This document shows positions 1 through 13,668 of a stretch of 64,000 nt of DNA, piece by piece (within the stretch, counting starts at the first letter, position 1; every line of letters begins with the position of its first letter). The DNA comes from Nitrosopumilaceae archaeon (GTDB taxonomy: Archaea > Thermoproteota > Nitrososphaeria > Nitrososphaerales > Nitrosopumilaceae). A program made the position numbers and the translations under genes. The stretch spans positions 1,408,001 through 1,472,000 of the forward strand of contig OZ242365.1 of NCBI GenBank assembly GCA_965208905.1, read 5' to 3'. Under the pieces are notes generated by a model, which saw only the letters and a program-made list of their open reading frames with translations, was not told the origin of the DNA and did not search any database.

Positions 1-708
1 CTTGTAATTACAGTAGTACGAGATGGCTCTGCAGTACTGGATGTATCCTTTGGCAAGGATGGTATAATACATGGGTGTGAGACTGCCCCCGTAATAGCCG
101 ACATGAGCACCATATCTCCCATGGACTCTGTAAAGATAAACAAAAGGTTTGAGGAGCACAACATTGTATGGTTGGGTACGCCGGTCATGGGGGGTCCGGA
201 TGCGGCTGCTGATGGCCGCCTCGTACTAATAGCGGATGGCGATAAAGCATCATTTGATGGCATCCGAGACGTATTTGATGTGTTATGTAACAAGATACAC
301 TATGTGGGCAAGTCGGGTACGGCCCATGCAGTAAAACTCTGTATGAATATGCAGATAGCCTCACTGGCAGTATCACTCTCTGAAGGGATAACTCTGGCGC
401 GTATAATGAATGTCCCACCAGAGACATTCTTGGATGTATTGAATTCTACATATTTTGGTACAGGTATGAGTAGAAACAAAGCGTTTAAAATGATAAACTC
501 GCAGTACAATGCCACGTTTACATTAGAAAACCTCACCAAAGACTTGAACATAATATGTGATACTGCCAAACCATCTGATGTGTACTTGGAGATGTCACAA
601 ACAATTCTAAGCATGTATACTCGGGCACTGTCTGAGGGCATGGGTGATTTGGACTATACGGGAATACTGGAGTTTGTGCGACAAAATACGAAATCTGATA
701 ATAGCTAA
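1..708 (+). CDS. NAD(P)-dependent oxidoreductase, 3-hydroxyisobutyrate/6-phosphogluconate dehydrogenase family (5' partial)
   Basis: Frame open from the window edge; motifs DMSTISP, PVMGG, K(L)xxN, C-terminal GxGDLDY. Confidence 0.85.
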   Translation, partial: LVITVVRDGSAVLDVSFGKDGIIHGCETAPVIADMSTISPMDSVKINKRFEEHNIVWLGTPVMGGPDAAADGRLVLIADGDKASFDGIRDVFDVLCNKIHYVGKSGTAHAVKLCMNMQIASLAVSLSEGITLARIMNVPPETFLDVLNSTYFGTGMSRNKAFKMINSQYNATFTLENLTKDLNIICDTAKPSDVYLEMSQTILSMYTRALSEGMGDLDYTGILEFVRQNTKSDNS

Positions 709-1011
709 ATGTATGATCAACTATCATACAAGTCATATCGACATGACTATCTACTAGTATATTGTATAACCTATCAGAGTAGACTATACTATACATCCAA
801 GGTTGTATATCGTGGCATATCATTTTTTGGCAATATGTCATATGTCAAAAGACACACGCCCATCATCTTGGAGTATAATTACAATACAGTTGAAGCCTGT
901 TAATTGTGCAGACTGACTTTTTGTACGACTAATCGGCCTTTAGTTGCTGCACAGAAACATTAGGCAACACGGTGAGATCTTTTAAAAAGCCCCATATTGT
1001 ATAATGCCATA

Positions 1012-1767
1012 ATGAGAGACAAAATTTGCCTAGTGACTGGAGCTTCAAGTGATATAGGTGAAGGTATAGTCCAACGCTTCGTTGAGGAGGGTGCCATTGT
1101 TATACTCTTGTCTAGAAGTCTGTCCGCCATGGAAGATGTGAGAAAACGTGTAGGATCCATGGATCGTACAGTGTCAATGGTGTGTGATATAACCAACACC
1201 TCTCAAGTACTACATGCAGTGGATCGTATAGTTGCCGAATATGGCCGAATCGATGTTCTTGTAAACAATGCAGGAATAATAACATCCTCCACACACTTTC
1301 ATCGGATGCCCCAGTCTGATATAGATAATCTGATAAACATCAACCTGCAAGGCATGTTCAGCGTGACCCGGGCAGTGTTGCGAAGCATGACGGATATAAA
1401 TCAAGGCAGCATTGTAAATATAGGCTCCATATCCTCTGAGCGAGCCATACCAAAGGTACACCTGGCAGTATACTCATCAACAAAGGCAGCACTATCGATG
1501 TTCACAAAATCCATAGCAGTAGAGTATGCTCGACGTAACATACGGTGTAACTGCGTCAACCCTGGCATAATAAACTCGGGAATGATAAAGCCCTATCTAG
1601 ATGATCCTGAAGCAAGAAAAGTTTTAGAAGCACGTCTTCCCATGGGACGCATAGGCGAGCCACGAGATGTGGCCAACGCAGTACTCTTCTTTGCATCTGA
1701 TGAGTCTTCGTGGGTGACTGGTACCACACTGAATGTTGATGGTGGCAGATCTGCATCCGAGGGTTAG
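1012..1767 (+). CDS. Short-chain dehydrogenase/reductase (SDR)
   Basis: TGASSDIG Rossmann motif, NNAG, YxxxK (YSSTK), NVDGG. Confidence 0.93.
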   Translation: MRDKICLVTGASSDIGEGIVQRFVEEGAIVILLSRSLSAMEDVRKRVGSMDRTVSMVCDITNTSQVLHAVDRIVAEYGRIDVLVNNAGIITSSTHFHRMPQSDIDNLININLQGMFSVTRAVLRSMTDINQGSIVNIGSISSERAIPKVHLAVYSSTKAALSMFTKSIAVEYARRNIRCNCVNPGIINSGMIKPYLDDPEARKVLEARLPMGRIGEPRDVANAVLFFASDESSWVTGTTLNVDGGRSASEG

Positions 1768-1874
1768 TCTGTCTGCCTTTTGTTCCATCGAATATATGAA
1801 AATGCCGCAACCAGGGTAATCCCCGCAGTTATGCCGCCCCATATGATCAACCGTATCGCATCAACATCTGCCAT
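1764..1874 (-). CDS. Small single-TM membrane protein (36 aa, not in ORF track)
   Basis: Manual translation MADVDAIRLIIWGGITAGITLVAAFSYIRWNKRQTD; hydrophobic helix with basic tail; co-directional with the upstream genes. Confidence 0.5.
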   Translation of the reverse strand: MADVDAIRLIIWGGITAGITLVAAFSYIRWNKRQTD

Positions 1875-1900
1875 CAGATGATAGAATACAAGACATCAAT

Positions 1901-2212
1901 TTAGCCATAATCCAAGTATCTTTTGTATCGTTTCTCAATCTCTCTGTTATATCCAGATGTAATATCTTCTACCTCTTGCTTCATCCTGTGCCGTATGTAT
2001 TTTTTGATTGGTGTAAACTCATCAGAGTCCGGAAATGTCTCCAATGCGTTGCAAGCAGCCTGAAAGTGTTCTACAACCTTGGCCCGGAACTCTTCTTTGG
2101 AAGGCTCTCTATTTCCGCCTAATCGGAACCACACAGTAGCAAAACTTGCTCCTGCTATGTGCGGTAGCTGGTCCATAGCCCGTACTATCTCGAATCTTTC
2201 ATCATCCCTCAA
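1901..2212 (-). CDS. Hypothetical protein
   Basis: 103-aa ORF overlapping the hemB stop; protein-like composition. Confidence 0.7.
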   Translation of the reverse strand: MRDDERFEIVRAMDQLPHIAGASFATVWFRLGGNREPSKEEFRAKVVEHFQAACNALETFPDSDEFTPIKKYIRHRMKQEVEDITSGYNREIEKRYKRYLDYG

Positions 2213-3177
2213 CGCAACAACCTGGACACTTCACGAGCAAAGTATGTTACAATGATATCTGCACCCGCCCTCTTTATGGACCCGAGCATCTCTAGCATGA
2301 CTGCATCCTTATTTATCAGTCCTTGCGCATCGGCCGCATGTACTAGAGCATACTCGCCAGACACATTATACGCAGCTACGGGTACATCAAAGCGCCTACG
2401 GGTCTCTGCCACCAAGTCTAGGTATGGAATTGCGGGTTTTATCATGATTATATCGGCACCCTCGGTGATATCTGCTGCCACCTCCATCATGGCCTGACGA
2501 GAGTTTGCGTACGACATCTGATATCCACTACGATCCCCACATTTAGGGGCGCAACTGGCCGCATCTCTGAACGGAGTGTATAGTGATGAGTGATGTTTGG
2601 CAGCATGAGCCAATATCGCCACGTCCGTATACCCTTCATAATCTAGGCGCGTTCTTATGGCAGCAACTTGACCATCCATCATTGCCGATGGCGCCACTAT
2701 ATCCACACCTACCTTGGCATAACTAGCAGCAATCTCTGCCAGATATCGTATTGTCGCATCATTGTCTACTGCACCTTTACGATATATCCCACAGTGACCT
2801 GTATCTGTATACTGACACATGCAGACATCTGCCATTATCACCATGTCAGGAGTTGATCTTCGTGTCTCTCGTATGGCGTTTTGTACCACACCATCTTTGT
2901 CATAAGCCGAACTACCAAGACTATCTTTTGTCTTTGGTACTCCAAACAACATTACTGCAGATATTCCATCGGCCTGTATCTTTTTCATCTCCTCCTGTAC
3001 CATACTAGGCGGTATTCTCTGTATGCCAGGCATGGACTGTATTGTTTGAGGCTCAGTTAATCCCTCCCCGACAAATATGGGATACACTAAATCATCCAGA
3101 CTTAGATGACTCTCTTGTACTAGTCTGCGCATACCATCGGACTTTCGCAGTCGGCGCAGACGTTGCTTTGGAAACAT
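2209..3177 (-). CDS. hemB: Porphobilinogen synthase (delta-aminolevulinate dehydratase)
   Basis: RLRRLR N-terminus, Zn motif DVCMCQYTDTGHCG, SAMMDG, IMIKP, AYNVSGEY. Confidence 0.97.
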   Translation of the reverse strand: MFPKQRLRRLRKSDGMRRLVQESHLSLDDLVYPIFVGEGLTEPQTIQSMPGIQRIPPSMVQEEMKKIQADGISAVMLFGVPKTKDSLGSSAYDKDGVVQNAIRETRRSTPDMVIMADVCMCQYTDTGHCGIYRKGAVDNDATIRYLAEIAASYAKVGVDIVAPSAMMDGQVAAIRTRLDYEGYTDVAILAHAAKHHSSLYTPFRDAASCAPKCGDRSGYQMSYANSRQAMMEVAADITEGADIIMIKPAIPYLDLVAETRRRFDVPVAAYNVSGEYALVHAADAQGLINKDAVMLEMLGSIKRAGADIIVTYFAREVSRLLR

Positions 3178-3544
3178 AGTGTATACTGTTGTATAACCAA
3201 AATATATTTTGTGTATATTATTATACGAAAAAGGATTCAGTTATACACTCCATGTAATGCTGTAGCACATGTCGCATGTAAGATGGTTGATACTCAGCGT
3301 ATGATGTGATGGAACCTGCAGATGTACATTTGTGGTGTATCTTTATCGATATAACTCTTCAAAGACCGAACATTATATCAATAAATAGACAAACCCTTAC
3401 AGTGCGGCATCTAGGATATTATACATATATCTACTTGATACAGTTCCTCAAAAACAACGACAATTATTTATATTCAACATAAGTTCATAACCACCATGTG
3501 CCGAGTATTGTATACTAACTGCTTGACATTTACAACGAGGTAAC

Positions 3545-5014
3545 ATGATGAGTGACACTCAAAAGCCAATATTGACCCGTCCGACATTAGCATCCATGAT
3601 CTTCTCCATAAATACAAATAATAATATCATAAAATGTAACCACAAATTCGCCCACGCGCTCGGTTATGACCGAAGTGAGGCCATTGGCATGTCTGTATTC
3701 ACCTGCATACCTAAGGCTGAACATAGTGTGCTTGATGACATACTGGTACGTTGCGCATCAAACAAAACTGTACAAGGTCGCAAACTTACACTATTAGCTC
3801 GGGACGGACAGACATTTGAGGCGATGATGACCACGATGGAGGCCACTTACTCGGACGGCTCTCCAAAGCGGTATAATATTACACTACTAAACTATAAAGA
3901 ACTCCAGAATATGCAGGAGAAAGTCAAGATCAGCAAGTATAAGAGCTTATACGAGGACTCGCCTGACATGTACAGAACAGTAAACATAGATGGAACTATT
4001 ATAGACTGCAACAGGGCATATGCCGAGAAGCTGGGTTACACCAAAGATGAGGTAATTGGACACAAACTAGAAGAGCACACGGCCGAATATAATGTCACTA
4101 CAATGCTCAACAACATGTCCGACTGGCGCAAGGATGGCCTATGTAACCCCACTAAAATACACATGAAAAAGAAAGATAACAGTGAATTTCTAGCCCTGGT
4201 CTCTCCTACCAACCTGTATGATTATGACGGTGCGCTTCTGGGGCGAAACGTAGTCATTCAAGACATGAGTGAGCTAGAGAAGCAGAAGAATATACTCCAT
4301 GAGACGAAACTGGTGGAGCAGATGAAGGATGAATTTTTAGTCAACATGAACCACCAACTCAAAACTCATCTAACTCCCATCATTGGTTTTTCACAGGCCC
4401 TGACAAATCAAAACCTACTGGGAACACTGAACGAGAAACAGTTGGATATCGTACAAAATATACTGAACAATGCAGTAAATCTACGTCAACTACTGACAGA
4501 TATGATACAAAGAAAAGATGTGGAGCTCGAAGAGATGGCTATTACACGTGAGAAGTTTGCTGTATCTGATATGATTCAAGAGATAAAATCAAAAGTGGAG
4601 AGTGCCGCCGAAAAAAAGTCATTAAAAGTCATATTTGATGTACAGTTCAAAGATGAAGTGGTGGGAGACAAAACTCATACCTATAAAATACTAATCAATT
4701 TGATATATTGTGTAATCGACTTTACACGTCAAAATGCCGGCCAGATATACATTACAATCTCCCGTAAAGATGGATTGTTAGAGTTTAAAATAACAAGTAA
4801 TAATGTACACATGTACAAGACAGAAGATTCCGACGATCTGCTGAATAAATTCAACCAATTATACATAAGCATGCCTCACTCCTCCAACGAGAGTGACCTG
4901 AGTTTGCTTACCTGCAAAAGTATGGCTGAACATCTAGGTGGAACTTTGGGCATACACAATGTTGATGCCAATCATACAATGTTCTACTTTACTGTACACG
5001 TACAGAGTACTTAA
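3545..5014 (+). CDS. Double-PAS sensor histidine kinase-like protein with degenerate ATPase domain
   Basis: Two PAS repeats (CNxxFAxxLGYxxxEAIG / CNRAYAEKLGYTKDEVIG), H-box NMNHQLKTHL, eroded HATPase_c. Confidence 0.85.
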   Translation: MMSDTQKPILTRPTLASMIFSINTNNNIIKCNHKFAHALGYDRSEAIGMSVFTCIPKAEHSVLDDILVRCASNKTVQGRKLTLLARDGQTFEAMMTTMEATYSDGSPKRYNITLLNYKELQNMQEKVKISKYKSLYEDSPDMYRTVNIDGTIIDCNRAYAEKLGYTKDEVIGHKLEEHTAEYNVTTMLNNMSDWRKDGLCNPTKIHMKKKDNSEFLALVSPTNLYDYDGALLGRNVVIQDMSELEKQKNILHETKLVEQMKDEFLVNMNHQLKTHLTPIIGFSQALTNQNLLGTLNEKQLDIVQNILNNAVNLRQLLTDMIQRKDVELEEMAITREKFAVSDMIQEIKSKVESAAEKKSLKVIFDVQFKDEVVGDKTHTYKILINLIYCVIDFTRQNAGQIYITISRKDGLLEFKITSNNVHMYKTEDSDDLLNKFNQLYISMPHSSNESDLSLLTCKSMAEHLGGTLGIHNVDANHTMFYFTVHVQST

Positions 5015-5092
5015 TGAAATAATATAAAATGGTCGTGCATGCACATGCGCAGTCTATACACTATGGTACAATCATAAAAAAATGATCAGTCG

Positions 5093-8118
<3,026 letters not shown>

Positions 8119-8204
8119 CGACGATCATCGCAACTACCCCGGCTAGGGGGCCGCTACGTCCTTCATACGTCACTTTCATGACGTACTGCATCCTATTTGA
8201 TATG

Positions 8205-9770
<1,566 letters not shown>

Positions 9771-9909
9771 CACATCTCAGACCAAACCGTTAGATTAGGT
9801 CCTCACTTTGTCAGCGAAACTGGAGGTCCACAAATCATCAAATGGCATTTTGCCACACTTCATAGTGGACGCCGCTCTTGCGTTTCGTAAAAGAGAGTCG
9901 GAGTTAAAA

Positions 9910-9930
9910 TGAATATAAACCATGCGAAAT
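9910..9930 (-). promoter_or_regulatory. Probable rRNA operon promoter (TATA box)
   Basis: TTTATA on the minus strand at 9914-9919, about 200 nt upstream of the mature 16S 5' end. Confidence 0.5.
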
Positions 9931-10125
9931 TAGGTTTCTGTGTAAGAATGCGCTCAAAGACATCTTTGGGAGTGTGCGGTATCTTTTGTATTACATATGT
10001 TGAATGAACTCTTGCAAGTATGTGTATACTCTGGAAGATATGTGTCAGTCAGATTAAATCTCACTATTACAAAAGAAGCTATCGACCAGATGTATCACTA
10101 TGAATCTATAAAGTCAGGCGTTAGT

Positions 10126-10959
10126 CTACATGATGCCGTCCCAGAATAATTTGAGTGATGCGCCCACCAGAGTTATCACTGCCAGTACTCGGAGGTATTG
10201 CTCGCCCACCACCAATGAAAGTTTGGCGCCCACCATCCCACCAAATAAACCTCCGGCCGAGAGAATCAACGCCAGTACTGCATCTGAGTTGCCCAATGTT
10301 CCATGAGTGGCCATTCCGACAATCGAGGCCAATAAGATGGCAAACATAGAAGTGGATGCTGCGCGCATTATGCTCATACCGGCCAGTATAATTAAGACAG
10401 GCACAAAGATGACGCCTCCACCGATACCAAAGAATGAGGATACCACACCAGCAAAAAAACTGGCAGTCGCTGGGAGTATCAACACTGTAATGGTGTTGCG
10501 GGGTGGGTGGCTGCTCAAGCGGGGTTTTATAAAAATATAGATACTTGCCAACAGAAGCGTGATCCCTAAAAGTATGCTGAATAGCGTAACATCTGCATTT
10601 GTGGATACTACCGCGCCCAGAACACTACCGGGTGTAGATATGATGCCCAACCTCAGAGCCTGTTTATACTCTATACGTCCTTGTTTTGCATACATAATAG
10701 ACGAAGTAGCGGCATTTGACAATGTAGCAGCAAGGCTGCTGGATGCGGCTACTGGCGGTGGCAGTCCCATGAGAATCAGTACTGGAGTTATGATAAGACC
10801 ACCACCCAAACCCACCATTGATCCTAACAGCGTAGCACCAATCGACAACAACAAAAAGAGTATGCCGACCCACACATCAGGTACTGTCGGCGATGCACCA
10901 ACAAAAATGGCCAGCATAATCAATGCCATGGAGGCAGAGACAATAATCCAAAATATCAT
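10126..10959 (-). CDS. Sulfite exporter TauE/SafE family membrane protein
   Basis: Duplicated GxGGG motifs (GLGGGLIITP, GIGGGVIFVP), multiple TM helices. Confidence 0.9.
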   Translation of the reverse strand: MIFWIIVSASMALIMLAIFVGASPTVPDVWVGILFLLLSIGATLLGSMVGLGGGLIITPVLILMGLPPPVAASSSLAATLSNAATSSIMYAKQGRIEYKQALRLGIISTPGSVLGAVVSTNADVTLFSILLGITLLLASIYIFIKPRLSSHPPRNTITVLILPATASFFAGVVSSFFGIGGGVIFVPVLIILAGMSIMRAASTSMFAILLASIVGMATHGTLGNSDAVLALILSAGGLFGGMVGAKLSLVVGEQYLRVLAVITLVGASLKLFWDGIM

Positions 10960-11134
10960 AATATGTTACTCACCACAACACTCTGTCTAATTGTAAGCTG
11001 ACACTCTACACGAACCATCATACTACACACATACGAAATTCAATTAAAACTTCCCAATCTTTTTATCACCCTTATGCAGCACCTGCCATTCAATTAGGAA
11101 ACAAGCCAGCTGGGTGGCCGGCGACATGCAGTTG

Positions 11135-13504
11135 CTAGTCGGACGTGTAATAGCCCGACCCGAAGACCAACCCGTCGTGCATTATCAACCAGGTGCGCTT
11201 GTCTTCCGTCTCGCCGGTGACCGGGTTTGTGAGCTGGTAGTTCACCCACATGCCGGTTCCCCTCCTTATCTCGCTGAGTATGTCGTCCACCGGCAAGTCC
11301 GAGCTGATGGCATCCCAGTCGGAGGTAGACCCCATAAGGTCGGGGTTTACGTTCCGCGCCTGGGTTATCCCGGTCGCCGGGTCCGCCACAAAGACGTAGG
11401 TGGGGATGACCTGCTCGGGAATGGTGTTGAGGTCTGCAAAGGCAGCATCTCTACCCTTGTTGTTGTACTCGAGGATTTGGCCGTAGGCGGCTGCCTGGAC
11501 CTGTGAATCCAGCAGGTAGTAGCCCGACCCGAAGACTAGTCCGTCCCGCAGCTGCAGGTAGGTGCGCTTGAGCTGCTCTATACCAGTAGAGGGGTTGTGG
11601 AAGGTGTAGGTCACCCAGACACTCCCATTGGCCTCCAAGTCGGCCAGAACGTCCTTGACGGACCTGCCCGAGGTATCCAGGATGGTCTCGGCTTTGCCGA
11701 CCCGGTCCGGCACCACGCCGTCGGCCAGCCTGGTCCAGGATGTTGCGTTAATGACGAACGGGTAGAGGTCGTCGGTTATGATGGGTTCATCGGGGGTGAT
11801 TATGTCTATCCAAGCGTTGTTCTCCTTGTTGGACTCGTAGGTGAATATGGCATAGTCTACTGCTGATCTGGTATCTGCATCGGAGAGGGTGTAGGTGGAT
11901 GCAAAGAGGTAGTCGTCGTATAAGGTATTGGTGCCTCGCTTGATCTGATCCGCACCGGTAAAGGGGTTTACGAAGGAGTATAGTGACCATACTGTACCCC
12001 CGCTTTCCGCGGCCACGCTCCATATATCCGCGTTGGATCTTGCTATCTGAAAGCTCGGAAGCGGTCCGATCAGGTGCGGAAGCGTGCCATGTGCGACTAT
12101 ATGCGTAAAGTTTCTGACACCGGGATATATGTCCAGTCTGTTGAGCTTCCCGGAGGTTATCACCTCAAAGCCGCTCTCCGGGTCGTTCCTGTAGGTGTAG
12201 ATGGCCTCATCTACCACCGACTGTATCCTAGAGTCGGGCAGTGAGTAGCCGGCGCCGAATATGTAGCCGTCATACAGGGACACGTAGGTGTAGGTGAGCT
12301 GGTCGGTCAGGGTGGCGGGGTTCTGCGCCATGTACCACACCCAAGCGCCCTCCGCCGAACGTAACTCCTCCATGATGCGCTCCAGTGACCTGTCGGCCGC
12401 GGCAAGGTGCTGGTCGGTGCTTCCCACCAGGTCCGGCAGCAGGCCGTGCGCCACTACTTCCAGTGTAGTCTCATCCAGCACGAATGAGGACTGCAGGGCC
12501 AGGGGGTCGGCTACCTCCGGCGTTATGATATCAAACGCTTCCTCGCCGTTGGCCTTGTACAGGATTATGGCCTCAGCTACCAGTGACTGCATTCTGGAGT
12601 CCTGGATGTAGTAGCCGGAGCTGAAGATGTACCCGTCGTACAGGTACAGCCAGGAGCGCTTGAGCTGCTTTGTTTCGGTGGCGGGGTTTGTAAAGACATA
12701 CTCGACCCAGGTGCCCCCGTCCCTCTCCAAGTCGGCCATGATATCCTCTACCGGCCTGTCGCCGGTATTCAGTATCGAGTATGGCACATGTCCTAGACGG
12801 TCCGGGATGGCTCCGTGCGCCACCGTCTTCAGGGTGGTGGAATTGAATATGAACGGATATAACTCCGTGACGAGCAGCGTCTCCTCAGGCGTGATTATCT
12901 CAAAGGCCTCCTGCCCCTTTGACTCGTACAGCCGCACCGCATCCTCCACCACGTACTTTGCCTCGGACTCGGACAGGTAGTGGCCGGAGCCGAATATGTA
13001 ACCGTCATGCAGGTACAGCCAGGAGCGCTTTGGCTGTATAATCCCGTTGGCCGGGTTTGTGGCCATGTACTCGACCCAGGTGCCCCCGTCCCTCTCCAGG
13101 TTGGCAAGTATGATATCGACAGGGCTGTCTGCCCGGGTTAGGGTGTCGGGTATCACGCCCGCAAGGTCTGGGAACGCTCCGTGTGCCACCGTCTCAAGGG
13201 TCTCCACGTCCAAGACGAACGAGTATATGGTGTCAGTGATGAGCGCCTCCTCGGGTGTAATCATCTCGAACGCGGTGGGGCCCATCTCCCAGTACTGCAT
13301 CAGAGCCCTTACAACGGCAGCCTGAACCCTGGAATCTATGCTGTTCGCGTCATACCTCGCATATTCAGGAAGCGTTGCCGCCATTTTATCATAGGACATC
13401 GCATCGGACTGTCCCGCCATCATTGCATCGTCCGCCGCAAGTCCGGAAGGAAACAGGTACCCGGCCAGTGCGATTGCCGCCATCACGGCAATCAATGCGG
13501 GCAT
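11135..13504 (-). CDS. Secreted protein made of six tandem single-Cache-like domains
   Basis: Signal peptide MPALIAVMAAIALAG...; six ~120-aa repeats with YxFV, VAHG, GxWVxY, NPxT...KR, IFGSGYY. Confidence 0.8.
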   Translation of the reverse strand: MPALIAVMAAIALAGYLFPSGLAADDAMMAGQSDAMSYDKMAATLPEYARYDANSIDSRVQAAVVRALMQYWEMGPTAFEMITPEEALITDTIYSFVLDVETLETVAHGAFPDLAGVIPDTLTRADSPVDIILANLERDGGTWVEYMATNPANGIIQPKRSWLYLHDGYIFGSGHYLSESEAKYVVEDAVRLYESKGQEAFEIITPEETLLVTELYPFIFNSTTLKTVAHGAIPDRLGHVPYSILNTGDRPVEDIMADLERDGGTWVEYVFTNPATETKQLKRSWLYLYDGYIFSSGYYIQDSRMQSLVAEAIILYKANGEEAFDIITPEVADPLALQSSFVLDETTLEVVAHGLLPDLVGSTDQHLAAADRSLERIMEELRSAEGAWVWYMAQNPATLTDQLTYTYVSLYDGYIFGAGYSLPDSRIQSVVDEAIYTYRNDPESGFEVITSGKLNRLDIYPGVRNFTHIVAHGTLPHLIGPLPSFQIARSNADIWSVAAESGGTVWSLYSFVNPFTGADQIKRGTNTLYDDYLFASTYTLSDADTRSAVDYAIFTYESNKENNAWIDIITPDEPIITDDLYPFVINATSWTRLADGVVPDRVGKAETILDTSGRSVKDVLADLEANGSVWVTYTFHNPSTGIEQLKRTYLQLRDGLVFGSGYYLLDSQVQAAAYGQILEYNNKGRDAAFADLNTIPEQVIPTYVFVADPATGITQARNVNPDLMGSTSDWDAISSDLPVDDILSEIRRGTGMWVNYQLTNPVTGETEDKRTWLIMHDGLVFGSGYYTSD

Positions 13505-13668
13505 GGACGTTGCTAATCTATTTTTCAATATCTGTCGTATGTTGATGAGTATTATTAAGATTTTATAGTACATTTGTTGAAGATGTCAAAAACTGGTGCG
13601 CATACACGGCTAACTCATCTGCCTGCGACCAAATATAATGCTAAATACACTTTTGAAAATAGTATGTC

